This document shows positions 61,029 to 64,000 of a stretch of 64,000 nucleotides of DNA, piece by piece. Within the stretch, counting starts at the first letter, position 1. Every line of letters begins with the position of its first letter. The DNA is from Marsupella aquatica. Its lineage: Eukaryota > Plantae > Marchantiophyta. The notes under the pieces are model-generated. The model searched no databases. It had not been told where the DNA came from and worked only from the letters and a program-made list of their open reading frames with translations. Location of the stretch: the NCBI GenBank assembly GCA_973895155.1, contig OZ316893.1:24293520-24357519 (forward strand), in the 5' to 3' direction. Position numbers and translations under genes: made by a program.

Positions 61029-62221
61029 GGTGTCCACCTTTCTCCGGAAACCTGGGAAGGAAAAGTTTTCATTACTCTCGCTAGATTTTTAGAGTCTGGG
61101 TCATTTCCAGTACAAAGCTCAAATATTGGTCGTTTCAAAAAAAATATTAATGGAATTCCGTGGACTAGTATGTGGGGACATTCGATCTGAGGCAATTGCA
61201 GTCCAGATCAATGTCATGGAATTCAAAGTTCCTGCATTGGTCCATTGCCTGCCCTTTTCCTGAGCCTCTGTCTCGTGCGAGTGGATGGCTAAATCAACTT
61301 AACTGGAACTATTTCTCAGAGTACAGGTCTGACTTGATTCTTGCAGATTGTTGAATTATCTAGTCAACCAACCACACTTTGCTTGCCATTGACTGTTTCG
61401 ACACGGAGGTTGTATCACGACTTGCCTCTTCACTTGGAAATTTCAATGATTGGCTTTTAAAAATTCATTCACAGAGATGAGGTGTTGGCTCTGGGGTAAT
61501 TCATGTCCCCATACTTTCAACATGCCTCTTCCACTGTTGAAGCTACTTATCTCTTACAGCTTGCAAGTTTTAGCAAAGAATTTCGACGACCTTGCACCGC
61601 ATTGACGGAGAGGCAGCCAGGGAGGAAAATTCACAGAAAATTTTCAAATGAAGAGATCAGCAGACTGGACACTAATAGCTCAAGCCAGACCAAAAAATAC
61701 AGGCAACCAAAATCAGACCCAAACTTCAATGAGTTAACATGTGAGCTCCTCAAACCTTCTGCAAGGAGGTTAACCACCTTACAAGCACTTTTACATCGCG
61801 AACGTCGCAAAGGCTTCAACCGAAGGTTGCGGGAGACAATGAGAGGCCGTGAGAGCACACGGCGATGGCGAGGAGAGAACGTATGAAGAAACCCGTAGCA
61901 TGTAACGCAATGAAGCCAGCACCACGTCTTGTGAAATTGCCAGGGAGACAGATAGACAGCTGCAGCAAAATGGATCTCGGTTGCACCAACTGCATTTGCT
62001 CCAATGCGAAAGACACAAAATTTTACAGTTGCCTGCCCCAGCGATCCGTCTCGAGCACCCCATGGAAGCATGGGGAAGCATGGGGAAGCAGGGGATCCTG
62101 GGAAGAAAGCGTCGAGAAGCACAATCGATTTCAATGGAAACCAGAACGGATGCGATGCCGAAGTCGATGTGGCAGCAAAGCCGCAACGAAGGAGGAGACC
62201 CTTACTTTCCGTTGTGCCCGG

Positions 62222-64000
62222 TCATCCTTTCCTCCGGGCGGACACTACTTTTCTCCTGGAGAGCCCTCGCTTTGCTCGGTTTCCTCTAAAGTCTGTCGGT
62301 GCTGGACTTCTACTTTGATACCGAAATCTGTCTAACGAGGAAATGTTCAGAGTTGCTTGTGGTTGTCTGGATTGTCCTGATCTTGAATTTAAGTTTGTTT
62401 CTTCATGCGCCGATGGAGAGGTCTCAAGCCAGTCAGGCCGGGGAGCAGGAGGAAATTCTTCAATGCCATTTGGACAAAGTGGCAATTTGGATGTGAAAGA
62501 GCCGTCGATGTCCTGCAGGTCGAATGCGTCTGTCATGAATTGACGATTAACTCCTCGAACTCTCTTGTGCTCATTCCAGCTCCCAAGAGCATTGCTCAAA
62601 CCCATCTCCTGTCGTCCAGCGTAGACCGTCAGCGGAATAGAGGAGACACTTGAAGCACCGCGTATTATTCCCAATTGTGGCCGACGAATTGGTTCTTTTG
62701 CGTCCTGAAGAATCTTATGTCCTCCATGTAACTTCTCTGGCGCTCCACCTAAGCGTTTAGATCCATTCGCAGACGCTGACGTTACCCAAGGCCAATGTCT
62801 CTTTCCCAACTGGAAAGGGAGGTGCTGTATTTCATACTGTGAAGCGCGAGGATTTAAAGGCTTATCGAAATTGTTCTCTAATCCATTCGGGAATCCCCCT
62901 GATTGAAAGTCCGCAGACCCTGAGCCTTTGCTAAACATTTGTATGTCGTCTTCCGCATATATCTCCTGCGCTTTAGTCTGTCGGCGTGCTCCCCTGTACA
63001 GGGATACATCGTCTTTTTGTGAAGGATTAAAATGCGAAGGTGCAATTTCAGCCTGTGAACGCTTGAGATTGTTAATAACTCCGTAGAGATCTATTGAGCA
63101 AGGTTCGTTCTCCTCTGGATCTTCAGCTTGGCTACTTATTTCTGATACAGGAGGAAAATCAGGAAACCTATCAATTGGGTTGATGTCACGAAAACTGTAA
63201 GTAGGGTAGTCTTCACTTATTGCACTTGCAGGGGGAAACTCTGGAAAGCTTGACCAAACTTCTGATCTTGAAGCTTGGCTAGGGACATCTACACGGACAA
63301 CCGGTGCATCCGCCTGATGTTGGTAAGGGATTCCCACATCATGTTCATCTGTCTGCGCCTCAATCCCTTTGCAATCCGAGACCGCTGTGGTAGCAAGGGC
63401 GGTAAAAGTGCACTGGGCCTTGAAAAGCTCCAAGCAGTGCTTGGGTACTTCGTATGGCTCAACAGCTGCATACTGTTGTTCAAGAGAATATGACATAAAT
63501 AGAGGCAATGGACAGGCAGATGACAAAATCGCATGTGCTGTAAGAGAATTAATGGAGGGAAATCCTGTAAGGAATGCTTCCGCCAGTGTTGGACCCTCTG
63601 TCATGATTGGATATGAGGGCACGTGCTTTGATCTTCTCACTGCTTGGATGGAGTGGATCAGAATTGTATCTGTGACAACCGGATGTCTCGAGCCAAAACA
63701 TTGAAATTGCATGTCCAATGCAAAGGCAAGTGTGTAGATTTGAGTGGAGATCTGCAGAGCTGCTTTGGTGAACTCTGTCGGTCCTTCAAAGATCTGGAAA
63801 GCCGTCAATAAGACCGGTCACTTTTACGTTGAACGAAAGTCAAGGTAAAGACTTTTCAACAACTGGAAACATCATGGAATGCTTCTCTCTAGTTGTACAT
63901 TATCAACTGATTAAACTACAAGTAAAAGGAAAAGAGTTGTCAGTTAAACAGACCATGATGCAGTCACGGAAGGAGAAACTGATAGCTTTGAGATGAGTGA
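62222..64000 (-). CDS. SHOC1: SHORTAGE IN CHIASMATA 1 (XPF-like meiotic ZMM protein), 3' part; the 5' part lies beyond the window
   Basis: Exon >64000-63954 (HLKAISFSFRDCIM) splices to exon 63793-62222 (IFEG..QIYTLAFALDMQFQCF..TDTILIHSI..YPIMTEGPTLAEAFLTGFPSINSLTAHAILSS..YEVPKHCLELF). These match the conserved XPF/HhH-like region of plant SHOC1 and are followed by a disordered tail. Confidence 0.85.

Noticed and set aside
61503-62335. Overlapping ORFs of 100-170 aa between IMPL1 and SHOC1
   Set aside because: No domain was recognised. This is probably SHOC1 3' UTR, possibly with an intron (donor-like GTAAGG at about 62205). An extra coding exon cannot be excluded.

Overview
Eukaryotic nuclear DNA from a land plant, with GT-AG spliced genes and plastid-targeted proteins. 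A bryophyte or liverwort origin is plausible but is inference only. Identified genes: VPS53 (+, about 24 exons), a ClpS-family adaptor (+), a TORNADO1-like LRR-ROC-COR (ROCO) GTPase (-) with an apparent 5' frameshift, an EamA/SLC35F transporter (-), a conserved plant TPR-like protein (+), a class III peroxidase (+), inositol monophosphatase IMPL1 (+) and the 3' part of meiotic SHOC1 (-). A decayed intronless Kae1/OSGEP pseudogene and many transposon relics and tandem duplications are also present. The most notable signal is a complete 334-bp non-coding LTR retroelement (TRIM) in ClpS intron 1. It has two 138-bp LTRs that each carry a tRNA-like Pol III cassette, a tRNA-iMet primer-binding site, a polypurine tract and a 5-bp target-site duplication. 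All coordinates and translations were read by eye, family assignments rest on recalled motifs, and no database search was run.
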